Of a stretch of DNA of 64,000 bases, positions 39,575 through 49,256 are shown piece by piece. Every line of letters begins with the position of its first letter. Position 1 is the first letter of the stretch. Location: the NCBI GenBank assembly GCA_964605705.1, contig CAZSDW010000017.1, positions 245 through 64,244 of the forward strand. The letters are read 5' to 3'. This DNA comes from an uncultured bacterium (GTDB lineage Bacteria; Fidelibacterota; UBA2242). Below the pieces are notes generated by a model, which searched no databases, had not been told where the DNA came from, and was given only the letters and a program-made list of their open reading frames with translations. Position numbers and translations under genes: made by a program.

Positions 39575-41932
39575 TTATTCGTACCGCAAACTATCCACCG
39601 GATTCGCTGTCGCTGCCCGGAGCGCCTGCCAGCAAACAGTCAGTAATGCCATGAGCAGTACAAAGAATCCTGTTGAGAGAAAGATCCAGGGACTGATTGA
39701 AATCCGATAAGCATAAATCTGTAACATCCCATTGACAATAAAATATGAGATCGGCGTGGCGATCAGAAAAGCAATTCCGATAACTTTGATAAATTCTTTC
39801 GAAAACAGCCGGATGACATTTGCTGCGGTTGCGCCCAGGACCTTGCGGATGCCGATTTCTTTTGTCCTGGTTTCGGTCATAAATGCGGACAGCCCGAACA
39901 ATCCAAGGCAGGAGATAAAAATTCCCAGCACTGTAAAATACATGATAACCTGTACAATGATATCACCTGCTTTTGCCTGTTCAATATCTTCAAAAGCATA
40001 ATCGTCAAGATAACGATAATTCAACGGATAGTCGGGACTGAATTGATCACACGTTTTCTTAATATAATTAAAAGTTTGGGAGAGATGTCCGGAATCGCCG
40101 GGTTTCATTTTAATGAACAGGTATTTATTATTTCCCGGATTCAGTTTCAGAATCAATCCGCCTTTGATAAAAGTCATCGGGAAACAATGAAAATTCTTAA
40201 TAACTCCAATTAATGTATAATACCTGTTCTCATAGAAAAACCGTTTTCCGATTGGATTATCCCACCCTAATAAATCAATGGTTGTTTCATCGACGACGAT
40301 GGCGTCCTCCCAGTCGCTTGGAAATTCCTTCGAGTAGAAGCGACCCTGCGCCATTTCTATTTCAAAGGTTTTAGCATAATCATAATCGACTTCCGTCCAC
40401 CAGGCAAATTGGTTTTTCTGACCGGCTTCAGCGCCCCAATCCAGCGTTCCGCTCATCATCAATTGGGGTAGGTGAGAAGCGCTTGTTACATTGGCAATGG
40501 CAGGATTGCTGAGCAATGCTTGCTTTACCAAATCAATCTTTTCGGAGATATCACCCCTTAACTGGATGTACATAATGTTTTCATTACTGAAACCCAGATC
40601 GGCATTTTCCATATACCGGCTTTGCAGATAGGTCACTACCGAGAAAATGATGAAGATAATTGTGATTGTGAACTGAATCCCGACCAGCACTTTTCGGAAT
40701 CCGGCTGCTTTTTTGCCGGAATGGATGTTGTTTTGCATGAGTTTTAACGGTTGGACGGCGGAGAGGTGCAACGCCGGATAACTGCCGGCAAGCAGCGCTG
40801 TTATAAGAATAAGCCCGCTAAATTCAAGTATGAATGTAAAATTCGTATAATTAATCGCGAGCGATTTTCCGAAAAGCCGGTTGATGACCGGAAGAAATGA
40901 CTCAGTGATGAGAAGAGCTGCAAGCCCGGCTATTATGGTTGTAAAAAGGGATTCACTTAAAAATTGCCAGATCAGTTGATGGCGTCGTGCACCGGCAATT
41001 TTTTTCATGCAGATTTCCCGCACACGCCGGGCAGACTGGGCAGTGGAAAGGTTGATAAAGTTGATACAGGCAACGATCAGAATGAAAATCGCCAGGACCG
41101 ATAACAGGTAGATTGAGAACATACCGGGTCCCTGGTCGCCTTTCAGATAGGTTTGCGACAGGGGCATGAGATAATAGTTACGGTTTATGCCGCTTTCATC
41201 GCTGGCTTTGGTGAATGTGGTGTAAATCTTCTCACTGACGTTTTCGAAAGCAGCATCCTGATGTAAAAGGACATATGTAAAAAAGGCAGTATTATTGTAT
41301 TGGTCCACACTGGCTCCCAGTTCTCTGAAATAGCTAAAAGGAACCAGGAAACTGAAGCGACGGTGTGAATTGGATGGAATATTTTTCAAAACACCGGTGA
41401 CCTGAAAATCGATATTGTTATCAATTGTAATACTTTTACCGATTGGATTTTCATCTCCGAAATATTTTGTCGCCAATGCTTCCGTAATAACAACTGAATG
41501 GGGATTTGTCAGGGCTGTCGCGATATTACCAGTTTTTAATGGAAATGTGAATATATCAAGGAATGAAGGGTCCACACCGGCGCCCTGGGATTCGATGAAG
41601 AATTTATCTTCAAATCTTAATAAGCGGTCTCCGAGAAATCCCAGCCGTGCCGAGTTCTGGATTTCTGGAAATTCAGCCTTGAGGTCGATTGCCAGCGGAC
41701 CGGAAGATTTTTCAGTCGATTGCGCCCCATCGTCGAGAAATACGGTTTGATAGACCTGGTGAATCCGGTCTGCCTTTTCGTGAAATCTGTCAAAACTCAA
41801 CTCATTTGTAATCCATAGCATGATGATAATCGTTACAGATAATCCTGACGCTAATCCGAAGATATTAATAAAAGAATAGAGTTTGTTTTTTAATAAATTT
41901 CGGAAGGCAATTTTGAAGTATTTTACAAACAT
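39575..41932 (-). CDS. FtsX/MacB-type ABC permease, double-FtsX (paralog P4)
   Basis: MFVKYFKIAFRNLLKNKLYSFINIFGLASG.. ; ..ATANPVDSLRYE. Confidence 0.85.
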   Translation of the reverse strand: MFVKYFKIAFRNLLKNKLYSFINIFGLASGLSVTIIIMLWITNELSFDRFHEKADRIHQVYQTVFLDDGAQSTEKSSGPLAIDLKAEFPEIQNSARLGFLGDRLLRFEDKFFIESQGAGVDPSFLDIFTFPLKTGNIATALTNPHSVVITEALATKYFGDENPIGKSITIDNNIDFQVTGVLKNIPSNSHRRFSFLVPFSYFRELGASVDQYNNTAFFTYVLLHQDAAFENVSEKIYTTFTKASDESGINRNYYLMPLSQTYLKGDQGPGMFSIYLLSVLAIFILIVACINFINLSTAQSARRVREICMKKIAGARRHQLIWQFLSESLFTTIIAGLAALLITESFLPVINRLFGKSLAINYTNFTFILEFSGLILITALLAGSYPALHLSAVQPLKLMQNNIHSGKKAAGFRKVLVGIQFTITIIFIIFSVVTYLQSRYMENADLGFSNENIMYIQLRGDISEKIDLVKQALLSNPAIANVTSASHLPQLMMSGTLDWGAEAGQKNQFAWWTEVDYDYAKTFEIEMAQGRFYSKEFPSDWEDAIVVDETTIDLLGWDNPIGKRFFYENRYYTLIGVIKNFHCFPMTFIKGGLILKLNPGNNKYLFIKMKPGDSGHLSQTFNYIKKTCDQFSPDYPLNYRYLDDYAFEDIEQAKAGDIIVQVIMYFTVLGIFISCLGLFGLSAFMTETRTKEIGIRKVLGATAANVIRLFSKEFIKVIGIAFLIATPISYFIVNGMLQIYAYRISISPWIFLSTGFFVLLMALLTVCWQALRAATANPVDSLRYE

Positions 41933-41944
41933 ATATCGTTTCCT

Positions 41945-44296
41945 TTATTCGTACCTGAGAGAATTTATCGGATTTGCAGTTGCCGCCCGAATTGCCTGTC
42001 CGCTGATTGTAATGATTGTTATGACCAGTGCACAAATTCCAGCGATAAAGAACGACGCGATATTCAGATCAACTTGATAGGCAAAATTCTTCAACCAGGC
42101 AGCCATTGCAAGCCAGGCAATCGGCCAGGCGATCAGATTAGCAATCAGAACCCACTGAATGAGCGGAAGGCTGAGTTGTTGGATAATGCCGAAAACCGAT
42201 GAACCGAGGACTTTGCGTATGCCGATCTCTTTTATTTTCTGTTCGACTACAAAGGAAATCAAACCGTATAATCCCAACGATGAAATCAGAATTGTAATGA
42301 ACGTAAATGCGCCGAATATTTTACCCATCTGAATCTCTTTGCGATATAAAATCTCAAGTTCCTGATCCAGAAAGTGATATTCGATAGGCATACCCGGGTA
42401 ATGCATTTTAATCCGTTTTTCAATTTTCTGAATGGTAGCCGGAATATGATCTGATTTAATTCGCACGGTTAAAATATAGGTGGTTGGATGAAATACAAAT
42501 ATGAGAGGTTTGATTTCTTCGTGCAAGTTTTCAAAATGAAAATCTTTGACAACGCCAACAATCTTGCCATTCCATTCATAGGCACTGATGGACTCACCGA
42601 TCGGATCAGCCAGTCCCATAATTTGGGCAGCTTTTTCATTTACAATAAAAGCGTAATTTTCCCGGTCCTGGACAGATTTGTGAAAGTTGGAACCGCGGCT
42701 GATTTCAATTCCGTAGGTATCAATGAAATCTTCATCCACCTCAAAAATAATCATTGATTGGGAGAACTCCTGTTCGTTATGATGCCATGTTACAATGGAG
42801 ACGAAATCAATAGTTGTTGGAATCTGGGTGGAACCGCCGACTGTTAAAACATCTGGTTCTCCCAACAGTTCACTTTTAAGAGTGGAATATGCCGATTCGG
42901 GATAATTATCACTAACCGGGAAATACATTAAATTTTCAGGATTGTAGCCCAGTTTTTTATTGCGGATAAATGATAATTGCTGGTAAATAATCAGGGTTGC
43001 AATTGTAACGATGATTGCGATTGTGAATTGGGTAATTACCAGAATTTTCCGGAAAGAAAATCCGGAGCCCCTGTTCGGCTGGAAATTCACTGAATTCTTT
43101 AAATTTTGAATAATATTGACGGAAGACAGAACCAATGCCGGATAAATACCGGCGAGGAAACCGATGGTGATGAATATAATAAAAAGAGATATTGCCAGCC
43201 ATGAATCCGTGATATGGAATTCGAATGATGTTCCGGCGATACTATTAAAAACCGGTTGGCATAATTCAACTAACAGGATTGCCCCGATTATCGAAATGAA
43301 TACCAGCAGATAAGATTCGAAAAAGTGTTGACTCATCAATTGGCGGCGGCTGGCTCCGATAACCTTTCGAATGCCAATTTCTTTTGATCGTGAGATTGAA
43401 CGGGCGGTTGAGAGGTTCATATAGTTGATGCAGGCAACGATTATTATCAGGATTGCCAGGGCTGAGAAAATGAGAACATATTTAATATCACCGTGCGGTC
43501 CGTCCCAGCGGGTTGTGTTTGCCCGCAGATGGATTTCATGCAGTGGCTGTAACAGGTAATGTAATTTTGGATCCGGAAGGTGAGGGCGGAAAATCTCCTC
43601 GATTTTTTGATTGACGACTTTGACATTACTTTTTGTATTTAACAGGACCCAGGTCTGATAATCGCTGTTTTTAAACCAGTTGTCGGGATCACGCCAGAAG
43701 TAATAAACTTTAAACGGGATGAGATAATCAAACTGCAACGGCGGGCTGGAATTTTTCGGCACATCGGCGATAACCGCACCGACTTTCAGATCCCATCTGT
43801 GATTCATTTTGACCACTTTCCCGATCGGTTCTTCGCTTCCAAAAAGACGTTGAGCGCTGCTTTCGGTCAACACGATTGAACTGGCATCATCCAAGGTGGC
43901 TTTCGGATCGCCTTTCAGTACTGGAAATGTGAAAAGATCAAAAAAAGCCGGTTCGGCATTCAGTCCTTTCAAACGGACACTGTTATCGCCATACTGGAGA
44001 ATCACACGGTCGTTTTTAAAGCGGGTAGCGCTGACCACGTCCGGAATGGTTTCTCTCAATGCGGCAGCCATCGGTCCGGGAGTTGTCGGCACACGGCTTT
44101 CTTCATAGACTGAGACAACCCGATGAAGCCGGTCGAGATTTTTCTGAAATTTATCAAAATCCAATTCTGATTTAATCCAAAGCATAATCATAATTGTACA
44201 GGCAATACCGACGGATAATCCCAGAATGTTGATGATCGTGAATGTCTTATGACGGACGATATTTCGGAGGGTGATTTTTAGATAATTTTTAAACAA
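41945..44296 (-). CDS. FtsX/MacB-type ABC permease, double-FtsX (paralog P5)
   Basis: The track ORF extends to 44347, but the family-typical N-terminus (M)FKNYLKITLRN begins at a TTG ~44296. It ends ..ATANPINSLRYE. The gap to P4 is 12 nt. Confidence 0.8.
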   Translation of the reverse strand: MFKNYLKITLRNIVRHKTFTIINILGLSVGIACTIMIMLWIKSELDFDKFQKNLDRLHRVVSVYEESRVPTTPGPMAAALRETIPDVVSATRFKNDRVILQYGDNSVRLKGLNAEPAFFDLFTFPVLKGDPKATLDDASSIVLTESSAQRLFGSEEPIGKVVKMNHRWDLKVGAVIADVPKNSSPPLQFDYLIPFKVYYFWRDPDNWFKNSDYQTWVLLNTKSNVKVVNQKIEEIFRPHLPDPKLHYLLQPLHEIHLRANTTRWDGPHGDIKYVLIFSALAILIIIVACINYMNLSTARSISRSKEIGIRKVIGASRRQLMSQHFFESYLLVFISIIGAILLVELCQPVFNSIAGTSFEFHITDSWLAISLFIIFITIGFLAGIYPALVLSSVNIIQNLKNSVNFQPNRGSGFSFRKILVITQFTIAIIVTIATLIIYQQLSFIRNKKLGYNPENLMYFPVSDNYPESAYSTLKSELLGEPDVLTVGGSTQIPTTIDFVSIVTWHHNEQEFSQSMIIFEVDEDFIDTYGIEISRGSNFHKSVQDRENYAFIVNEKAAQIMGLADPIGESISAYEWNGKIVGVVKDFHFENLHEEIKPLIFVFHPTTYILTVRIKSDHIPATIQKIEKRIKMHYPGMPIEYHFLDQELEILYRKEIQMGKIFGAFTFITILISSLGLYGLISFVVEQKIKEIGIRKVLGSSVFGIIQQLSLPLIQWVLIANLIAWPIAWLAMAAWLKNFAYQVDLNIASFFIAGICALVITIITISGQAIRAATANPINSLRYE

Positions 44297-44307
44297 AATA
44301 TTCCTTT

Positions 44308-44338
44308 TTATTTTAACCGCAAAGAGCGCCAATTTTAC
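44308..44338 (-). repeat. conserved inter-permease spacer motif (copy 1, P6-P5 junction)
   Basis: Plus strand ccgCAAAGAGCGCCAATTTTACATTTTTCAT. Shares CAAAGRGCRCC..AATTTTACATTTT..TCAT with the copies at 46738-46800 and 49206-49256. Confidence 0.5.
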
Positions 44339-44350
44339 ATTTTTCATTAT

Positions 44351-46762
44351 TTATTCATACCTGAGACTTTCCACCGGATTGGCGATAGCGGCTCGAATGG
44401 CGTGAGTGCTGACCGTTAATATGGCGATAATGATTGTCATTAATCCGGCAAGAATGAAAATGCCTACGCCGATTGTCGTTTGATAGGCAAAGTTCCGGAG
44501 CCCCTGTTTCATTACAAACCAGGCTAGCGGACTTGCAATCAGATTTGCTATAATAATCAACCAGACAAATTCCATATTAAGGTTGACCAGGATATTGATT
44601 GTTTGAGCGCCAAGGACTTTTCTGATACCGATTTCCTTGGTTTTTTTACGAATGCTTAAAGCTGCTAAGCCAAACAGTCCAAAGCTTGCAATTAAAATTG
44701 TTAGCACCGTTGCAATTGCAGTGATGGTGCTAATCAGTCGAACAATATCATAATCCCGGGCAGAGACCACGTCGGCAAACTGGTACTCGAATGGCGTATT
44801 CGGGGAATAACGCTCATATTTTTCCTGGATGAATTTCAGCGTGGCATCATAATTTCCGGGCTTGAGCTTAATGAAAATATGTTTCATGAAGAAATGATAG
44901 TCCGGAAAAGGACAGAGGATCAAGGGACCGATTTTATTATAAAGGGCTGTATCGTGAAAATTTTTGACAACTCCAATAACCTGTCCTTCATGTCCCCAGA
45001 ATTTGATCGTTTTACCAACGGCTGATGCTCCCGGCGCTATCAGATCAGCACCATCCTGGTTGATGATATAGCCCTGCATATCGGATTTAATATCTTCCGA
45101 AAGACTGCGACCATCCGCAATTTTCATATCAAAGGTTTCAAAGTATCCGGTCTGGATCATGGCAAAACTGAATTCGATGGATTGGCTGTTTTGTTCAGCA
45201 CCCGTCCAGCTGACGTTTGAATTATTCCCAATTCCCGTCGGATAAGTTGAAGCCGCGGTAACGGATTGAATATTCGGATGAAGCTTCAGATCGGCGCACC
45301 AGGCGTTAAAATTATTCCTGATTTCATCAGTAATGGGCAAGCGGATAACATTGTCGTAATTTAATCCCAGGTCCATGTTTTCGATGTACATAATCTGTTT
45401 GGAATAAATGATTGTACTTACGAGTAAAAAAATGGTGACGATGTACTGAAAAACCAGAGATGCTTTACGAAACCGGTTTTTGCCTGAACCACTGGGATCA
45501 CTGCCTTTTAATATTTTGATGGGTTGCTTGCCGGAAAAATACAATGCCGGATACAAACCCGAGACTAAAGTGGTAAATATTGTGATGAAGATTATAAGTA
45601 ATAAATTGATACCCAGTTGATCCTGATGAAAAAAAGCGAGATGTCTTTGGACCAGTTTATTAAACGCCGGGGTTAATAATTCGGTCATGATTAAAGCAAG
45701 CATGATGGCAAGGATTACTGTCAGAAAGGATTCCAGTATAAACTGCCGGATGATCTGCGCCCGGCTGGCGCCGGTGACTTTTCGGACCATAATCTCTTTG
45801 TAGCGAGTTAATCCTGAAGCGATGGAAAGGTTGATAAAATTCAAACATGCCAAAACCAGGATCATTACTCCAATAATCATGAAAGTGATAATTCCTGCTC
45901 TTACCCCGAAGTGGAGGTGCATTTCGTCCAATGGCAGAATATCCAGGTAAGTCTGTAAATTCTCGTCCTGGGCGAGTTCAGTAAAAAATCCTTTTATACT
46001 CTTTCTGAATTGACTTTCATTTGCACCATTTCGCAATAATATAATTGAGGGACCATCGACGTCCCAGGTGTCCATTCGATCTTCACGAAACTGCCGCATC
46101 GAAGCCAGAACATCAAATGAAACAGTTGAATTTTCAGGAATATCCACAACACCGGTCACAATTAAATCAGTTGTGTTATTATGGGTTAATGTCAAACCGA
46201 CCGGATTGATGTTGCCGAAATATTTTCGGGAAATCTCTTCTTTCAGAATGACCGAATTCGGATATTTAAAAGCGTATTCAGGTGTTCCATAAATAAATTC
46301 AAAAGGGATGACCTTGAAGAAACCAGTATCTGCCACGAAGAAATCAGTTTCGTAGAAGCTGTTTCGCTGGTTGGGATTCGCCGGAGAAATAGCACTGAAA
46401 AAAGAGGCTTGAAAATTACTCTGGTTGACCATTCGGGTAAAATCGGCAACATCATGAAACCGCTCTTTCAATCGTGGTCCTACTAAATAATTTATCCCGA
46501 ATTGTCCGAATTCGCCGGGGCTCTGTTTTTTATACAGAAAATATGCCTTATGATTCTCAGGGTAGAAATCATCAAAACTGAATTCATAGCGCCCCCACAT
46601 GAATATCATGACCGTAATACAAATCCCCAGTGCCAGACCGATGATATTCACCGCGGAATGCAGTTTCTGGCTTTTAAGCTGACGAAAGGCGATTTTAAGT
46701 GATTCTTTCAGTAAGGCTACTCCTTTGATTTTTATAACGCAAAGGGCGCAAAGATTTCGCAA
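44351..46762 (-). CDS. FtsX/MacB-type ABC permease, double-FtsX (paralog P6)
   Basis: ..LKESLKIAFRQLKSQKLHSAVNIIGLALG.. ; ends ..AIANPVESLRYE. The N-terminus is uncertain because it reads through the conserved spacer motif. Confidence 0.8.
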   Translation of the reverse strand: MRNLCALCVIKIKGVALLKESLKIAFRQLKSQKLHSAVNIIGLALGICITVMIFMWGRYEFSFDDFYPENHKAYFLYKKQSPGEFGQFGINYLVGPRLKERFHDVADFTRMVNQSNFQASFFSAISPANPNQRNSFYETDFFVADTGFFKVIPFEFIYGTPEYAFKYPNSVILKEEISRKYFGNINPVGLTLTHNNTTDLIVTGVVDIPENSTVSFDVLASMRQFREDRMDTWDVDGPSIILLRNGANESQFRKSIKGFFTELAQDENLQTYLDILPLDEMHLHFGVRAGIITFMIIGVMILVLACLNFINLSIASGLTRYKEIMVRKVTGASRAQIIRQFILESFLTVILAIMLALIMTELLTPAFNKLVQRHLAFFHQDQLGINLLLIIFITIFTTLVSGLYPALYFSGKQPIKILKGSDPSGSGKNRFRKASLVFQYIVTIFLLVSTIIYSKQIMYIENMDLGLNYDNVIRLPITDEIRNNFNAWCADLKLHPNIQSVTAASTYPTGIGNNSNVSWTGAEQNSQSIEFSFAMIQTGYFETFDMKIADGRSLSEDIKSDMQGYIINQDGADLIAPGASAVGKTIKFWGHEGQVIGVVKNFHDTALYNKIGPLILCPFPDYHFFMKHIFIKLKPGNYDATLKFIQEKYERYSPNTPFEYQFADVVSARDYDIVRLISTITAIATVLTILIASFGLFGLAALSIRKKTKEIGIRKVLGAQTINILVNLNMEFVWLIIIANLIASPLAWFVMKQGLRNFAYQTTIGVGIFILAGLMTIIIAILTVSTHAIRAAIANPVESLRYE

Positions 46763-46800
46763 ACAGCGCCAATTTTACATTTTACATTTTTCATTGAATT
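46738..46800 (-). repeat. conserved inter-permease spacer motif (copy 2, P7-P6 junction)
   Basis: Plus strand CGCAAAGGGCGCAAAGATTTCGCAAACAGCGCCAATTTTACATTTTACATTTTTCATTGAATT. It contains three TTTGCG direct repeats and a tandem TTTTACA. Confidence 0.5.
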
Positions 46801-49181
46801 TACTCATATCTCAGGCTTTCGACTGGATTGGCTGTCGCGGCTTTCACCGCCTGCCAGATGACTGTCAAAAATGCAATCAACAATGCAATCATTCCTGCCA
46901 GTACAAAGATCCACCAGGCAATACCGATCCGATAAGCGAAATTCTGTAACAATGTATTCATTGAAAACCAGGCAATCGGAATGGCAATGATAATCGCGAT
47001 AAGTAATAGTTTTATAAATTCGGTGAGGAGCATATTAACGATGCTGGCAATGGGAGCGCCAATTGCTTTGCGAATACCGATTTCATGGGTGCGTTGCTTG
47101 CTGATGAAAGAGACCAGACCGAATAAACCGGTCACCGCGATACAGATTGCAAGTATTGCGAAAATTCCGAAAAATTTACCCAGGATGTCGATCCCGGCAT
47201 AATTCCGTTGATTGAAATTTTCGTCATAGATATTGAATTCGATATTATGACCCGGGAAATATTCCCGGAATTTTTTCGTCACATAGTCTTTCATTTCGAC
47301 GATATCCTGATGAGGGGAAAGTTTGATCGTGTGGATATTTCCCCAACTGAGTTCCCGCGTTGTGTATGATACAAAGTAGGGACTTATCGGTGCTAAAACC
47401 GAATAGAGATGAAAATCTTCTATGATCCCGATGATCCGATAATCATCATCTTCATTGGTGATTGTTTTCCCGATTGCTTCGCTATATTCCCAGCCAAGTC
47501 GTTTTGCGGCGGTTTCATTGATCAGACAGGCTTCTTCCCGGTCACTGGGAAATTCTTTGGACAGATAGCGTCCCGCTTTCAGTTTGATTCCGTATGTATC
47601 GATGAAATTGAAATCGACATGGTTATGCAGAATGTGTATCTTTTCGTCCGGCGGTCCGCCCTCCCATTGACATTCCCACGTTTCGCCTCCATAAAAGGGA
47701 GCATTGTGAGACCAGGTCATATTGATAATCCTTGCATCGCTCAGTAAATCGTTACGCAAAGCTTCATATTGGGATTCGGCGTTTTCGCCTTTCATTTGAA
47801 TATTACCGACGATCAGGTTCTCTTTGTCGAATCCCAGCTCTTTTTTCCTCATGAAATCCAGTTGCCGGTACATGATAATTGTCCCGATGATCAGTGCAAC
47901 AGAGAGTGTGAATTGAAAAACAACGAGAATTTTCCTCAGGATCGGATTTTTCGATCTGAGCCCTACAATTCCACGAAGGACTGATAGCGGGGGAGTAGCC
48001 GAGAGGTAAAAAGCCGGATAACTCCCCGAAATCAATCCGGTAAAAAACGTAATAATGAGCATAAAAAGGACGAACTTAATGTTTCTAAAGTATTGGATTT
48101 TCAGATTTTCCCTGATAAGCAGGTTGATCTGGGGCAGGAATATTTCCGCCAGTATAAATGCCAGGAAAAGGGCAATCAGCGCAATGATGATGGCTTCACT
48201 TAAAAATTGAACAATTAGTGAGGACTGTTGCGATCCGACCAGTTTTTTGATACCGATCTCCCGAGTTCTGGTGGAGGAATAAGCCGTGGCAAGATTCATG
48301 AAATTGACACAGGCAATGAGTAAAGTAATAATTGCCAATAGTGCCAACAGATAATAAAACGGTCGGCTGTCATTTTGATCGTTATATTGCAGATTAATTT
48401 TCGACAATGGCCATAAGATCAGTTTTTTATATGGATTGAGATCGCTGTATTTATCAAGCGCATCGACGATTTTTTCACCGAATAGCTCGACGTCCACGTT
48501 TTTGTCGAGTAATACGTAGGTAATACACATCCACCAACCCCAATTCCCCTCGATATCGAAATTATTGATCGGTTTCAGGGAGCTAAAGGAGATCATAAAA
48601 TCGGGTCTCAGCGTGGAATTTTCCGGCATTTTACGGATAATGCCGGTTATCTGTAAATAGTGGTCAGTCTGAAATCGAATCATTTTCCCGAGGGCGTTTT
48701 CACCAGGGAAATACTTATTGGCAAGTTCTTCCGTCAACACAATCGTCATCGGCATGGTCAGGGCATTTTGGGGGTTGCCTTCGATGAACTGAAAATCAAA
48801 AATTTCAAAAATTTCATTATCAGCCCACATGCCATTTCCCTCACGGAAAGTGTGTTCCTCATCCGATGATAAGTAATCGCCACAATATTGGATGCGGGTG
48901 GCTTTCAGGATTTCCGGATAATCCCTTTTTAGAGCCGGTGCCAGCGGGAATTGAGTTCCATTGGCAGTCTGAACTTCGCCCTTCATGTGAATATGCTGAT
49001 CGACCCGGTAAATGCGATCGTAATTCTGATTGAATTTATCGAAACTCCACTGAAACTGGAGAAAGAGAAATATCAGAATAAAAGCCGCCAGCCCTACAGC
49101 TAATCCGAAGATATTGATGAAGGTATATTCCTTGTTCTTGTTGAAATTTCTGAATGCGAATTTTATGTAATTAATAAACAT
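46800..49181 (-). CDS. FtsX/MacB-type ABC permease, double-FtsX (paralog P7)
   Basis: MFINYIKFAFRNFNKNKEYTFINIFGLAVG.. ; ..ATANPVESLRYE. Confidence 0.85.
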   Translation of the reverse strand: MFINYIKFAFRNFNKNKEYTFINIFGLAVGLAAFILIFLFLQFQWSFDKFNQNYDRIYRVDQHIHMKGEVQTANGTQFPLAPALKRDYPEILKATRIQYCGDYLSSDEEHTFREGNGMWADNEIFEIFDFQFIEGNPQNALTMPMTIVLTEELANKYFPGENALGKMIRFQTDHYLQITGIIRKMPENSTLRPDFMISFSSLKPINNFDIEGNWGWWMCITYVLLDKNVDVELFGEKIVDALDKYSDLNPYKKLILWPLSKINLQYNDQNDSRPFYYLLALLAIITLLIACVNFMNLATAYSSTRTREIGIKKLVGSQQSSLIVQFLSEAIIIALIALFLAFILAEIFLPQINLLIRENLKIQYFRNIKFVLFMLIITFFTGLISGSYPAFYLSATPPLSVLRGIVGLRSKNPILRKILVVFQFTLSVALIIGTIIMYRQLDFMRKKELGFDKENLIVGNIQMKGENAESQYEALRNDLLSDARIINMTWSHNAPFYGGETWECQWEGGPPDEKIHILHNHVDFNFIDTYGIKLKAGRYLSKEFPSDREEACLINETAAKRLGWEYSEAIGKTITNEDDDYRIIGIIEDFHLYSVLAPISPYFVSYTTRELSWGNIHTIKLSPHQDIVEMKDYVTKKFREYFPGHNIEFNIYDENFNQRNYAGIDILGKFFGIFAILAICIAVTGLFGLVSFISKQRTHEIGIRKAIGAPIASIVNMLLTEFIKLLLIAIIIAIPIAWFSMNTLLQNFAYRIGIAWWIFVLAGMIALLIAFLTVIWQAVKAATANPVESLRYE

Positions 49182-49205
49182 AGTTACTCCCTGTCTGCTT
49201 TTTTA

Positions 49206-49256
49206 CCACAAAGGGCACCAGTTCTTCATTTTACATTTTACATTGAATTCATTCAT
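49206..49256 (-). repeat. conserved inter-permease spacer motif (copy 3, P8-P7 junction)
   Basis: Plus strand CCACAAAGGGCACCAGTTCTTCATTTTACATTTTACATTGAATTCATTCAT. Confidence 0.5.
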